Source of the DNA: a bacterium
GTDB lineage: Bacteria; Zhuqueibacterota; Zhuqueibacteria; Residuimicrobiales; Krinioviventaceae
Direction of reading: 5' to 3'
NCBI GenBank assembly: GCA_963674595.2
Contig: CAXXFV010000027.1
Location: forward strand, 288,001 to 352,000
Length of the DNA stretch: 64,000 nucleotides
The position numbers were made by a program, and so were the translations under genes. The notes below the pieces were generated by a model that was not told the DNA's origin, did not search any database, and saw only the letters and a list, made by a program, of their open reading frames with translations. Of the stretch, positions 39,269 to 49,660 are shown piece after piece (position 1 is the first letter of the stretch; the number at the start of each line of letters is the position of its first letter).

Positions 39269-40555
39269 TTATTTATATACCTTGACATAGTCTATAATAA
39301 ACGTATCGGGTAACACAGCTTTGTTCATTTCTTCCATTGTAGCAGGCAGTTCCATGCTGAGAATGATATACTCATCGATATGAGAGATAGCCGTATTCAT
39401 CTCATAATATTTGAATCCATCAATATAAAAAGCATACTTTTCCGGTGTCCATTCCAAAGCAAACGTATGAAATCCTTCACTAACACCCTCAACACGACTC
39501 ATAAAAGCGCCGCTGGTTTTCTGATGAGGACCATAGGCCCAATGAAGATTATGAGAAACCATGTCCTCACCCTGGCCTTTAAAAAATTCAAAAATGTCTA
39601 TTTCCGTACCAAACTCGGCAGGGTCTTCCCCTTGTGCAATTTTTGAAGACTGGATCCAAAAAGCCGCCCAGTTTCCCAGTGACTTTTGCAGTTGAGCGCG
39701 ACATTCATAATAGCCGTATTTTGTCATAAAACGATTTTGTGTACCGACGGCACCTACCTTAATGCTGTCATTTTCTTCAAAGGCCAATAACTCTAAAAAG
39801 CCATCCTCTAGTTTTACGGCATCAGGCGAAACATATCCGATTCTACGGGGGCCAACACCCCTGACGGCCCATTTTTCCGGATCAAGTTTATCACCGTCAA
39901 ACTGGTCTTCCCATGAAAGCTGATAGCCCAGGCTTTCTGCTGTGTATTGTTTGTCGGATATAGGTTTGAACAGATTTTCAACCTGAGTTTTATCTGTTGT
40001 AAGAATCACAGGCAAACGCCATAATCCGCCGCTGTTGCCCCAATCATTCACCTGAATTGCGATTAGATTCGTTTCACCGTATTTTAAATGTTTACTTATC
40101 TTTGTAAAAGTCGGTCTGGCGGCAACGCTGATATTGGCTTCACCAAAATAGCTGACGCTCTTGCCGTTTATAAAGAGTTCATAAGCGTCATTAACACCAC
40201 CTATTTTAAACCAAACATCCTGATCCTTCCAATCTATCGGAATTTCTACGGATTTTCGATACCAGCAAAAACCATCTATATCGCTATATCCCAGGTCTTC
40301 CCAGCGCTGCCCGGCGTCAAGCAGCGCCCAGTTGGAATCATTAAAATCGCTTGCGTACCATTTTTCTGATTTACCGACATTGTTCTCATCGGGACAAAAA
40401 CGCCAACCGTTTGCAATATCTTTAGTTTGCGGCAGGTTATTTTTAGCACATGATGTTGTTATAATGAAAATAATTAAGGAGAGAAGAAAAAATAGTTTTT
40501 TAAAAGTTGGGGATATAACAGATAATTCCTTTGTTGAAATTCCAAAATAGTTCAT
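39269..40555 (-). CDS. GH16 glycoside hydrolase lipoprotein with N-terminal GH2-type sugar-binding (jelly-roll) domain
   Basis: Catalytic EIDIFE; YGYYECR, FHTFALEWTP, IDYVKVY; N-terminal WYRKSV...GGVND...GETNLIAIQV...GGLW. Confidence 0.85.
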   Translation of the reverse strand: MNYFGISTKELSVISPTFKKLFFLLSLIIFIITTSCAKNNLPQTKDIANGWRFCPDENNVGKSEKWYASDFNDSNWALLDAGQRWEDLGYSDIDGFCWYRKSVEIPIDWKDQDVWFKIGGVNDAYELFINGKSVSYFGEANISVAARPTFTKISKHLKYGETNLIAIQVNDWGNSGGLWRLPVILTTDKTQVENLFKPISDKQYTAESLGYQLSWEDQFDGDKLDPEKWAVRGVGPRRIGYVSPDAVKLEDGFLELLAFEENDSIKVGAVGTQNRFMTKYGYYECRAQLQKSLGNWAAFWIQSSKIAQGEDPAEFGTEIDIFEFFKGQGEDMVSHNLHWAYGPHQKTSGAFMSRVEGVSEGFHTFALEWTPEKYAFYIDGFKYYEMNTAISHIDEYIILSMELPATMEEMNKAVLPDTFIIDYVKVYK

Positions 40556-40940
40556 TCAATGTCCTTTCATTTAACATTTTAATCTGTTAACGGAGAATGT
40601 AATGGAACCTAACTCGTGTCATTTAGGAGAGTTTCTTTCTCACAGAGTAAAAAAGTATTGCTTAGATAATATAAGAAATTCCCCCTCTATTTTAAACCCA
40701 TTTTTAAAAACTATTAAACTTTTATACAACATAAAATACTGATGGACTGATTTTATGATTGCCTTTTGAAAAATAAAAATATGAGAAGACGGTTAGATTT
40801 TGCTAAAATTTGCAGGTTGGAAAGGTTTTATTCAAGAAACGGGTAAAACTGAATATAAGATATAAACTAAATGAAAGATTATAATAGACATTCCTTTTCA
40901 GAATAGAGTATGTTTATAGACAATATTGAGTTATAATGTA

Positions 40941-41993
40941 TTATTTTTTTGATTGCATATTAAGCTGGCGTTCTGCGTTGATAAAAGGACGAAGCCAAGA
41001 AAATAATTCACAAAACCCCAAATGTTTCGGAATTGGGAATTTTTCAACAGATTTACCTAAAATGGTTGGACAGTAAAGAGCTTCGCAGCTTCTCCGTGGA
41101 TGGTTTGCAATATGAGATTTGTAGAAATTATCATAAACTAAAAAGTGTTGACTTGGAATAAAAGGTTTCCATTGTTGGTAAATTAAATTCTCCGTTTTAA
41201 TATCAATAAATTCGGTTGTTCCAAGCTGCCGCTTACTTATAGCTTTCCATGCCTTTTCCATAAAATCAACCGCTTTTTGATCACTAGTTGGAGCACCATA
41301 ACCAAATATGGTGATGGTGAAGGCTTTACTTAAAAAATATTCTAAACACTCCCATTGTGTTTTTAAAAAATCATCCCCATAATTTTTTGAAGCAATAGGA
41401 TATAAAAGTTTTGTCGGTATAAAAGTTCTTTCACAGTCGGGACAAAACATTTCTTTCCGCCCCCAACAACCATGATCTCTGCAATAACCAATCCTTACAC
41501 TTCCATGAAGATGTAATATCGTAGGGATTGGTACACCTTCCTCTTGAATTCTTTCCCAAGCATCAAATAAAAATGGATCCCAATTAAAAGTAGCTATTAC
41601 ATCTTTTTCCCTAAGAGAAAGTAACAAGTGGTCATATAATGTAGGTTCCTCTGGTATTTCAAGGTTATCAAAATAATTATATATTTTTTTTTTGATTATT
41701 TTTAAAATTTTTGATTCTGAATTCAGATTATATAATTTATCATATAACATTTCAAAATTTTTATTGTCAAATTCTATATTTTTTTCTTTTAAAAATGGCT
41801 GTAATCCGACGATTTCTATTAAATCATCCATAACTGGCAACATTTTACCCTTTGCGTCACCATGTGGAAATGCTTGTTTGCTGGCCCCTGCTCCCAATAT
41901 AACAACATGTGGTTTTAATTTATGAGGTTCATTTATTAACTGTTCACCTTTAACCATCGATTGATTTTCATCTGAGTAATAGTATTGTTTCAT
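40941..41993 (-). CDS. SIR2-like domain protein (stand-alone)
   Basis: VVILGAGAS, IATFNWD, LHLHGSV, TIFGYG...D; Cys/His cluster CRDHGC...CPDC. Confidence 0.72.
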   Translation of the reverse strand: MKQYYYSDENQSMVKGEQLINEPHKLKPHVVILGAGASKQAFPHGDAKGKMLPVMDDLIEIVGLQPFLKEKNIEFDNKNFEMLYDKLYNLNSESKILKIIKKKIYNYFDNLEIPEEPTLYDHLLLSLREKDVIATFNWDPFLFDAWERIQEEGVPIPTILHLHGSVRIGYCRDHGCWGRKEMFCPDCERTFIPTKLLYPIASKNYGDDFLKTQWECLEYFLSKAFTITIFGYGAPTSDQKAVDFMEKAWKAISKRQLGTTEFIDIKTENLIYQQWKPFIPSQHFLVYDNFYKSHIANHPRRSCEALYCPTILGKSVEKFPIPKHLGFCELFSWLRPFINAERQLNMQSKK

Positions 41994-42082
41994 AATAATT
42001 AGGCCTTAAACATTTTTTTAATAAATACTTTAAGAGCAAATTTCCTATTTATAAATAGTGATGAACAGTTATGTAACTAATT

Positions 42083-44035
42083 TTACCTCACCAGCATCAA
42101 CTTGACGGTTTTGTTAAAATCATTCGCCTGCATTCGGCACAGGTAAATGCCGCTTGCTACAGAACGGCCCTGTTCATCAGTGGCGTCCCATTGAACCGAA
42201 TGAGAACCAGCCTGCTGCAAATTATTATACAGGACTTTAACCGTACGTCCCAGGATGTCGTAAACCGTAATAGAAACTTGAGCGGTTGTCGTCATGTCAT
42301 AAATTAGTTCTGTAACCGGATTAAATGGATTGGGATAATTTTGATAAAGCTGCCAGGTAAAATTTTTCGACAGGCTATTTTGTGGAACAAAAGAACCTCC
42401 CTCCTGTCTAAAAAAATAAAGTCCGCCGCATGATTCACCTATAAACAGGTCCAGGTCGCCATCGTTGTTCACATCAACAAAAGCGGGTTTCAACTCTCGT
42501 CCCCGTTCAACATTAATAAAATTATCAGTAACAAGCGCAAAATTATAAGAGCCGATAGATTCCTGTTCGTAGTGTAATATTGTACTGCCGGCGTGCCCGA
42601 TAATCAAATCCAACAGCCCATCACTATCAAGGTCCGCAATAAATGGTACGGAATAATATTGACCGACATATATATCATTAAAACTTGCGGAAACCTGGTG
42701 AAAAGATGTTGATCCTGTGCCGTTTTGTTCCCAATGCTCAAGTGTTCCGTCATATTCGCCGATAATTAAATCCAACAGCCCATCATTATCAAGGTCCGCA
42801 AAACAGGGTGCGGCGTTATCACCAACATCAATATTGCTAAAACGGTCCGTAACCAATGTAAATTCATCAGAGCCGCTAAAGGTTTGTTCATAATAATAAA
42901 GATAACCATCATCATTACCGACAATCAAATCGAATAAACCATCATTGTCCAGATTAGTAATACAGGGAGTTGCACTTTTACCCACCTCAATATCGTTAAA
43001 AGATTCCGTTACAAAATCAAAAGATTCCGAGTCCATATCGTTTTGTTCAAAGTACCATAATGTACCGTCATAATCTCCAACAATCATGTCCCAGTAACCG
43101 TCATTGTTCAAATCAGTAAAACAGGGGGCAGAATCGTAACCAATATTAAAGACATTTAAAAAATTCTCAGAAAGTAAAGAAAAGGTTGTGGAATTGACTT
43201 GTTGTTGTTTATAATGGTATAAATTTCCTTTCATTTCACCGACAATCAAATCCAGTATTCCATCATGATCAAAATCTGTAAATCTTGGTGCGGAATTACC
43301 TCCCACATCTATATTGCTAAAGGGGTGTTCTGCCAGTGAAAAAGTCAATGCATTGAGAGAATCCTGTTCATAGTGGTCAAGGTAACCCGGATTTCTTCCG
43401 GTGAGCATATCATACAGACCATCGTGGTCAAAGTCAGCAAAACAGATTGTTCCGAAAAATCCGGCATTGATACCGCTAAAATTGGCAGAAACCAATGTAA
43501 ATACCTGCGGATCACTTGACTGTTTGTAATGAAAAATAGTACCATTCTGAGAAGAAATAATCAAATCCAAAAAACCGTCATGGTCCAGATCCAGAAATGC
43601 AGGTACGGATTTATCCTGAATATCAATGTTGTTAAAGAATTCTGTAATGAGTACAAACTCATAGGAGCCAACACTTGTTTGTTCATAATGATTGAGGTTA
43701 CCGTCCTGTTCACCGATAATGAGGTCAAGCAGTCCGTCACTATCCAAATCAGTAAAAACAGGCGCCGCAAAAATACCAACACGAATATCATTAAAACTTT
43801 GTGAAATCAGAGTAAACTGTGATGAATTTACAGAACTTTGCTCATAGTGATTCAAGGTGCCGTCGTATTCGCCAATAATTAAATCAAGCAGATTATCCTG
43901 ATCAATATCTATAAAAAATGGTTTGCTGTCTTTGAGTCCCTGGCCCCAGCCGTAATCGAAAATCTCTGTAAAAGTTTGTGAACCGGCTAATAAAGGAAAA
44001 CAAAAAATCAGCGCCGTCAATATACATTTTTTCAT
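42083..44035 (-). CDS. Secreted FG-GAP/VCBS-repeat beta-propeller protein with FlgD-Ig/T9SS-like C-terminal domain
   Basis: Start reassigned to ATG 44035 (MKKCILTALIFCFPLLAGS). Ten ~53-aa repeats P.F.D.D.DG..DL..G...G...YEQ; C-terminus LYQNYPNPFNP...YDILGR...WDATD...SGIY. Confidence 0.88.
   Translation of the reverse strand: MKKCILTALIFCFPLLAGSQTFTEIFDYGWGQGLKDSKPFFIDIDQDNLLDLIIGEYDGTLNHYEQSSVNSSQFTLISQSFNDIRVGIFAAPVFTDLDSDGLLDLIIGEQDGNLNHYEQTSVGSYEFVLITEFFNNIDIQDKSVPAFLDLDHDGFLDLIISSQNGTIFHYKQSSDPQVFTLVSANFSGINAGFFGTICFADFDHDGLYDMLTGRNPGYLDHYEQDSLNALTFSLAEHPFSNIDVGGNSAPRFTDFDHDGILDLIVGEMKGNLYHYKQQQVNSTTFSLLSENFLNVFNIGYDSAPCFTDLNNDGYWDMIVGDYDGTLWYFEQNDMDSESFDFVTESFNDIEVGKSATPCITNLDNDGLFDLIVGNDDGYLYYYEQTFSGSDEFTLVTDRFSNIDVGDNAAPCFADLDNDGLLDLIIGEYDGTLEHWEQNGTGSTSFHQVSASFNDIYVGQYYSVPFIADLDSDGLLDLIIGHAGSTILHYEQESIGSYNFALVTDNFINVERGRELKPAFVDVNNDGDLDLFIGESCGGLYFFRQEGGSFVPQNSLSKNFTWQLYQNYPNPFNPVTELIYDMTTTAQVSITVYDILGRTVKVLYNNLQQAGSHSVQWDATDEQGRSVASGIYLCRMQANDFNKTVKLMLVR
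42597..42801. repeat. Intragenic direct repeat between adjacent FG-GAP units
   Basis: 43-bp copies at 42597-42639 and 42759-42801 (ccgataatYaaatccaacagcccatcaYtatcaaggtccgcaa), two mismatches, 162-bp offset. Confidence 0.75.
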
Positions 44036-44334
44036 CGTGATGGCCCTCTCTGTATTTATAGTAAATAAAGTCAAAAATTGAAAGTGGGAATTGTTAAATA
44101 AATTATCAGCGTACTTTATATTCCCGGAAACAGCAGAAATGTGTTGATAACTTGTATGCAAGCCTTACCTCGTATATTGAGATAAATCCCGAGATATTAA
44201 TCATCAGCTCAACGTAAAACCTTGAACCAATATGTGAATAATACAAAATAAAGGTGCGGCGCGCAAGTTGTTTTTAAGGAAATGTGATGGCCTGCCACTG
44301 AAGTTTATGAGTGAATAACGATTTTAGAATAAAT

Positions 44335-44382
44335 AAAAAGCCGTCAAATTCACCGGAACAATTATTCTATGAACTTGACGGC
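44335..44382 (-). terminator. Rho-independent terminator at the end of the minus-strand CAZyme locus
   Basis: Minus strand GCCGTCAAGTTCA...TGAATTTGACGGC followed by TTTTT. Confidence 0.65.
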
Positions 44383-44403
44383 CCAAATAAAAAACGAATA
44401 AAT

Positions 44404-45531
44404 TTAAGGACCTATCAATTTCGTGCTTGTAGGTTTGTGTTTGAGAATTTTATCAAGGAATTGATAACTCTCACTACGAATTTGAGGTGGAAAGTCATGT
44501 TTGTCTTCCGGATATCGTACCTGAAGGTTTTGTTCCGCATTATACAGGGTGTAAACTTTATTAGCTTCTTTAATTGCCAATTTAACACCATTTACATCAA
44601 AGTTGTTATCGTGAATGGGTGAATTTGAAAAAAAAGCACGGGGGGCCAGTGCGCCAACAATTTCATAAAAGTCAAAGGGGACCTTGTCCGGATCCAGATT
44701 ATAAATATCTTTTAATCGCGGCATATACTTGTCTGATGTCCAGCCTTTAATGTTGCCATCAAAATAATTATGAAAGGGCGTCCAACCGCAGCTTGAGACG
44801 ATAGCCTTGAGTCGCTGATCAAAAACACCAACAAACATGCTGTTATGTCCGCCAAGAGAATGGCCGATAACACCAAGTCTGTTTTCATCTACAAATTCAA
44901 GTGAACATAAATAATCAACGCAGCGTATATGGTTATAAATGCCTTTCATGGTACCGGACACATATTTATCTGTGGAAAAATTATAGGTTGAATCATCACC
45001 AAATGAGGGATAATCCGGGATTATCACGGCATAACCTCTTTCGGCAAGTTCCAATCCATAGGATCGATTCTTTCGTTTTGTTAATCCGGCGGAATCTCCT
45101 TTGCCTTTTTCATGTGTCGGATGACACACCAAAATGCCGGCTACTTTTTCATTGGCTCGATGACCTGCCGGGACGAACAGATAGGCATATAACCGATGGC
45201 CGGGTTCGACTTGCAGTGAAATTTTGCGGCGTTCAAAAAAGTCCGTTTTAAAAGTTTCATGCACTTTAACATCAAGATCAGCACTATTTTCATTGAAATC
45301 CGGTAAAGGTCCCATAGCTTGCTGCATGCCCTGTAAAATCAATTCCCTTCGTTTTTCCCAGTCCTTAACAGATTTTACAGGGTGTTCGTTACCGTTATTG
45401 TCATAATAAACCATCAGATTTTTATGGTTAATATTTAAAGGGATTTTGGGGGTGTGATTTTTTGAACAGGACATGATACATACTAAAAGAGCAAAACATG
45501 TCACTGTTGATAAAATCAAGGCTTTTTTCAT
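44404..45531 (-). CDS. Alpha/beta-hydrolase lipoprotein (dienelactone hydrolase / acetyl-esterase-like)
   Basis: GHSLGG nucleophile elbow, LAPR, D...HDFP. Start reassigned to MKKALILS...IMSC. Confidence 0.82.
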   Translation of the reverse strand: MKKALILSTVTCFALLVCIMSCSKNHTPKIPLNINHKNLMVYYDNNGNEHPVKSVKDWEKRRELILQGMQQAMGPLPDFNENSADLDVKVHETFKTDFFERRKISLQVEPGHRLYAYLFVPAGHRANEKVAGILVCHPTHEKGKGDSAGLTKRKNRSYGLELAERGYAVIIPDYPSFGDDSTYNFSTDKYVSGTMKGIYNHIRCVDYLCSLEFVDENRLGVIGHSLGGHNSMFVGVFDQRLKAIVSSCGWTPFHNYFDGNIKGWTSDKYMPRLKDIYNLDPDKVPFDFYEIVGALAPRAFFSNSPIHDNNFDVNGVKLAIKEANKVYTLYNAEQNLQVRYPEDKHDFPPQIRSESYQFLDKILKHKPTSTKLIGP

Positions 45532-45571
45532 AAAACAGGGTCTCCTCAGGTTCGTATATAATTTAAAAAAA

Positions 45572-46864
45572 TTATTCGGCAACATTTCCAAAAATTTGTA
45601 CATCTCCTTTTGATTTATTAACTACATTCAATCCTCCTCCTTCAACACTGTTGCCCATAATAACAGCCGACCTGACGTTTTCACCCAAATAAATATGAGC
45701 ATTTGGTTTATTGCCGTTGTCTTGAAAGCGGCAATTCATAATTTGCAGCGTTCCGTCAAGCATTTCGATAAACGGAATTTCCGGTTTCCAGTGACATTCG
45801 ATCCAATTTTTGGCGTTAAAATTACAGGCTGTTAAATAAACCGTTCCCTTGCCCTTGTTTATAATGTGTGTTCCGCCCAGGGATTCAGCCCAGCCCCAGA
45901 AACCGCAGTTTGATAATTTAACAGGGCCCCTGTTTTCTTTTTCGATCAATATACCATCCATAAACTGACAGTTTTGAAAAGCGATGCCGGCGTGATATTG
46001 CGTTTTTTCGACAATCACAGCCAGCGGCCCAACGTCTGACCCGCTCTGGATTATTAAAATATTAGCCTGCGGATCATTACCAACCGGATCACCTTTTGTT
46101 TCGATGAAACGAAATCCGACCTTGGCCCAAATGACAAAACAATTCGTCATATACTGCCAGTCACACCGACCGATGATAAATCCTTCGAGATTGTTTACAC
46201 AATATTGATGCAGTGTTTCTTCTTTCCCATTCAGCAAGTGGAACCAACTGGCGGGATGGATATGTATATTCTCCATTCGGCCTATATCAACAGTCCGGTC
46301 CACATAAACGCCCTTGTGCAATGCACACATGTGAATATTTCTCAGGTAATCCTGCCCGTGGTATACTGAACCGCAATCGATACCATTATAGGTATTAACG
46401 ATATCCAGATTTATGATGTTACATCTGTTGCCTATAATCTGAATCGTCCAGGGATAGGGCCTTACATCTGTTATTGTCTGTTCGGGATAATAAATCGAAA
46501 GACCTTTCAAGGTACTGTTATGATTCATGGTAATAAATGGGGTGCTGTTTTCGTCATCTCTTCCGGCATAGGCCATAAACAAAGTTCCCTTTTCAAGACT
46601 GTTTGTGGTTGGGCCTTCGGCATTTCCTTTTAAAGCAACGCCTTCGGGAATAGTAAGCGTACTATCAAACCGATATTGTCCGGGTGGAACAAAAACGACC
46701 TCACCCTTTTCAGATGCTTTATCCATAACTGTTTGAAAGACCTTTGTATTGTCTGTTTTGCCATCCGGGACGGCACCAAAATCGAGTACATTTAATTGTG
46801 CACTCTCCGCAAACACCAAACCGGAAAGACACAACACCATAAAAAATCCGATAATTGATTTCAT
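45572..46864 (-). CDS. Secreted right-handed beta-helix protein (Pectate_lyase_3 / GH28-GH55-related)
   Basis: NVLDFGAVPDGKTDNTKVFQ...VFVPPGQY; GRMENIH. Start reassigned to MKSIIGFF. Confidence 0.78.
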   Translation of the reverse strand: MKSIIGFFMVLCLSGLVFAESAQLNVLDFGAVPDGKTDNTKVFQTVMDKASEKGEVVFVPPGQYRFDSTLTIPEGVALKGNAEGPTTNSLEKGTLFMAYAGRDDENSTPFITMNHNSTLKGLSIYYPEQTITDVRPYPWTIQIIGNRCNIINLDIVNTYNGIDCGSVYHGQDYLRNIHMCALHKGVYVDRTVDIGRMENIHIHPASWFHLLNGKEETLHQYCVNNLEGFIIGRCDWQYMTNCFVIWAKVGFRFIETKGDPVGNDPQANILIIQSGSDVGPLAVIVEKTQYHAGIAFQNCQFMDGILIEKENRGPVKLSNCGFWGWAESLGGTHIINKGKGTVYLTACNFNAKNWIECHWKPEIPFIEMLDGTLQIMNCRFQDNGNKPNAHIYLGENVRSAVIMGNSVEGGGLNVVNKSKGDVQIFGNVAE

Positions 46865-46918
46865 GAGACAATTCCTTAAATTAAATATTCTAAAAAAACG
46901 TGGTTGCATAATTTTCTA

Positions 46919-48565
46919 TTATTTTACGACAAACTCTATCTCGGAGACATTTTGCCAGCGATACCATTTAAATTCATTTTGGGTAAAAAATCTAACAGCG
47001 AGTTGTGGAATTTCACCGTTTGAATACAATTTAAAAATGATTTTATCATCCTTTTTTACAAAACGAATATCAGCAGTGACCAGACCGTTTTCGGTATAAA
47101 CAGGCCAATTTGTAACGTTATAGCCGATCCATGAAGGCGGCACTCTGGGAATGATTTTCACTTTATTGTTCGATAAATCATCAACACCGACAAATAAACG
47201 CGCAACCTTGAGGGGTTCCGTTACATTGACAAGATTCAAAGCGCCGCAGCCCTGTTCCAGGTCCATTTTTCCGACTATATCCGGGGAATAGTAACGTTCA
47301 TAAAAATAGTAAGGAGAATCACGGTCCAGTTCATGATATTCAGCAATGGGTGAATAAGTTGCGCCGGCAAGCCATTGAACCGATTTATCAACCATATCCA
47401 TTTTATCAAGCAACAGCATCGCTTGCAGGGCATAACCATCACCATAGGAAGGACCTGATGACATGCCCTCCCGAAACTCATCAAATTGCGACCAGATACC
47501 ATATTTATCGAATTGTTGTTTTCGCAATGGGAATGAATACAGTTTTTCAAGAGTATTTTGTCCGATTTTAACACCTGCCCAGTTTGACATAAGAGGTTCA
47601 AAGCCGGTCACATCGGCCAGCATGGAAACAACACCATTTAATCCGCCGAATCCCTTATTAATAGGATCATTAATAATATTCTCATCCGGCAGCATCGTCT
47701 TTGGATCGATACACCATATCCATGTGCTGTCATCATCTACCAGATATTTGAGCATGTTTTCATTAATTTTTTCCACATCATTCATATAAATTTCATAGGA
47801 TTCCAAATTGCCGGCTTGTTTTTCCAAATCCGCTCCGGCGATCAGGGCAAGCCTTACCAGATTATTTTGCACAACGTTATACCAGTCACCCGCTATACCG
47901 CACCCCCCTCCAAATTCGCCGCTTCCTTCAATAAGGGGCTGAGGCAACAATTTTTGATGAATGTATAAAAGAGGTGAAGCGTGCTGATGTAAAAACTGAT
48001 AGATTTGATTTTTATAATAATTGTTCTCAGGCAGCCTCTTCCACAAATGGACCATTCCGATGATAACTGCCGCTGTTCCGTCCAGTTCTTTGCCGGAACC
48101 GGGGTTTGTCTTTTTAAAATATTCAGGAAAGGTATAAAATCCCTCATCATTTTTTTCTACCAATTGAATCAAACAATCCGTCAATAAACAGGCATGATTA
48201 AGATACCCCCAGAATACCAGTTCACGCAAAAAAGTGCCGCCGTCACGGGACCACATGGTATCATCCCAGGGGCGCCCGTCAATTGAAGCTGTTATATAAC
48301 CGGGCATAAACTCTTTGTAATTTTTTTTATAATTCTTTTGCAAAACTCCTTTAAAAGATTCACGGACCTCTTTAGTAAAAAGTTCGGCTGATTCAGCGCC
48401 CAAAAATTGAATTTCCCCGGGATTGTCCTGTTCCAGAAAACTTTCAACCTGCGCAACAGAAAGTCTCTTTGTATTTAAAGAATCAGCGGCTTGAGAATTT
48501 TTAAACAGGACCATTCCGGAAAAAAATACAAGCAGACAAAGGCAAAAAACAATATATTTATTCAT
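46919..48565 (-). CDS. Secreted hypothetical protein, probable (alpha/alpha)6 glycosidase-like fold
   Basis: Signal peptide; WSRDG and ELDGTA motifs resemble six-hairpin glycosidases; located in a CAZyme locus. Confidence 0.55.
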   Translation of the reverse strand: MNKYIVFCLCLLVFFSGMVLFKNSQAADSLNTKRLSVAQVESFLEQDNPGEIQFLGAESAELFTKEVRESFKGVLQKNYKKNYKEFMPGYITASIDGRPWDDTMWSRDGGTFLRELVFWGYLNHACLLTDCLIQLVEKNDEGFYTFPEYFKKTNPGSGKELDGTAAVIIGMVHLWKRLPENNYYKNQIYQFLHQHASPLLYIHQKLLPQPLIEGSGEFGGGCGIAGDWYNVVQNNLVRLALIAGADLEKQAGNLESYEIYMNDVEKINENMLKYLVDDDSTWIWCIDPKTMLPDENIINDPINKGFGGLNGVVSMLADVTGFEPLMSNWAGVKIGQNTLEKLYSFPLRKQQFDKYGIWSQFDEFREGMSSGPSYGDGYALQAMLLLDKMDMVDKSVQWLAGATYSPIAEYHELDRDSPYYFYERYYSPDIVGKMDLEQGCGALNLVNVTEPLKVARLFVGVDDLSNNKVKIIPRVPPSWIGYNVTNWPVYTENGLVTADIRFVKKDDKIIFKLYSNGEIPQLAVRFFTQNEFKWYRWQNVSEIEFVVK

Positions 48566-48645
48566 TTTTCGCTCCCTTGAATTTTAATACAGCTTATAAA
48601 AAGGGTCTTTATAATCAATCAAGTATAAATAATTATATTATATTC

Positions 48646-49536
48646 TCAGTTGCAATAATCGTGAATGATCCTTGCCAGAATATCGGGCCGGTTTGATAGA
48701 ATACCATCAACTCCCATATTCAGCAATCTTTTCATTTCAGTAGAATCATTTATTGTCCAAACATATACCTGCTGTCCCATAGAATGCGCTGCATTCACAA
48801 ATGAAGGGGTGACAATTTCAATATTTTTAGCGAGAACAGGTACTTCATAAACATTCGCAACAGGTTTGTGAATTTGAGGTAATTTAAATTTGTTTAATAT
48901 AATAAGCGTCCTGATTTCTTTTTCACCGGCGGTAACAGGTAGTTCCGGAGCATATTCTATAATGTGCTTTAAAACCCGTTCATGAAAACTTGTTAAAAGC
49001 ACCTTTTCCTGCATTTTGTAAGAACGTACAAGATCAATCACTTTTTCAGCAAAATCCGGCAAGTCCGGTTTAATTTCTATGTTAAAATAAACATCAGGAA
49101 ACCGGCTAAATACAGAATCCAGTGTTGTGATAGTGATCCCTTTTCCGCGAAAAACAGGCTCTGCTTCATTGGCGGGAATAAAATGGTAAGCATAATCAAG
49201 CTGCTGTAATTGAGCCAAAGTCATTTGATCAACCCGTCCTTTAGCGTCACATGTTCGGTCAACCGTATCATCATGCATGACCACAATATAACCGTCTGCC
49301 GTAGGCCTTACATCAAGCTCAACGATATCAACACCAAATTCAACGGCTTTTTCAAAAGCATACATTGAATTTTCCGGCCACAGGTATTGACCTCCCCTGT
49401 GAGCAATATTTAACGGTGTTTTGAGTTCAGGAAAAACCGTGCTGTTTAGAGGTTTATTTATAATAATTCCAACAACTAAAAACGCAACAATAACTGCCAA
49501 CATAATTCCTAAAATATATAAAATCTTGCGTAACAT
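48646..49536 (-). CDS. Glycerophosphodiester phosphodiesterase (GDPD)
   Basis: AHRGG..PENS, VELDV, VVMHD, NIEIK, VWTIND, GVDGILSNRPD; N-terminal anchor. Confidence 0.93.
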   Translation of the reverse strand: MLRKILYILGIMLAVIVAFLVVGIIINKPLNSTVFPELKTPLNIAHRGGQYLWPENSMYAFEKAVEFGVDIVELDVRPTADGYIVVMHDDTVDRTCDAKGRVDQMTLAQLQQLDYAYHFIPANEAEPVFRGKGITITTLDSVFSRFPDVYFNIEIKPDLPDFAEKVIDLVRSYKMQEKVLLTSFHERVLKHIIEYAPELPVTAGEKEIRTLIILNKFKLPQIHKPVANVYEVPVLAKNIEIVTPSFVNAAHSMGQQVYVWTINDSTEMKRLLNMGVDGILSNRPDILARIIHDYCN

Positions 49537-49660
49537 TTACTTCTCCATGATATAAAAATTCCGTACTTGTTATTAACCATGTCTGCTTTGTATTCACAGC
49601 CCCAAAAAAAACGAACCCGAGTAGATGCTAATCAGGGCATATCCCGTTAACATTAACAAC

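Noticed and set aside
42400-43950. Periodic DNA similarity as a CRISPR array
   Set aside because: The ~160-bp period reflects degenerate protein-coding FG-GAP repeats; there are no identical repeats with spacers and no cas genes.
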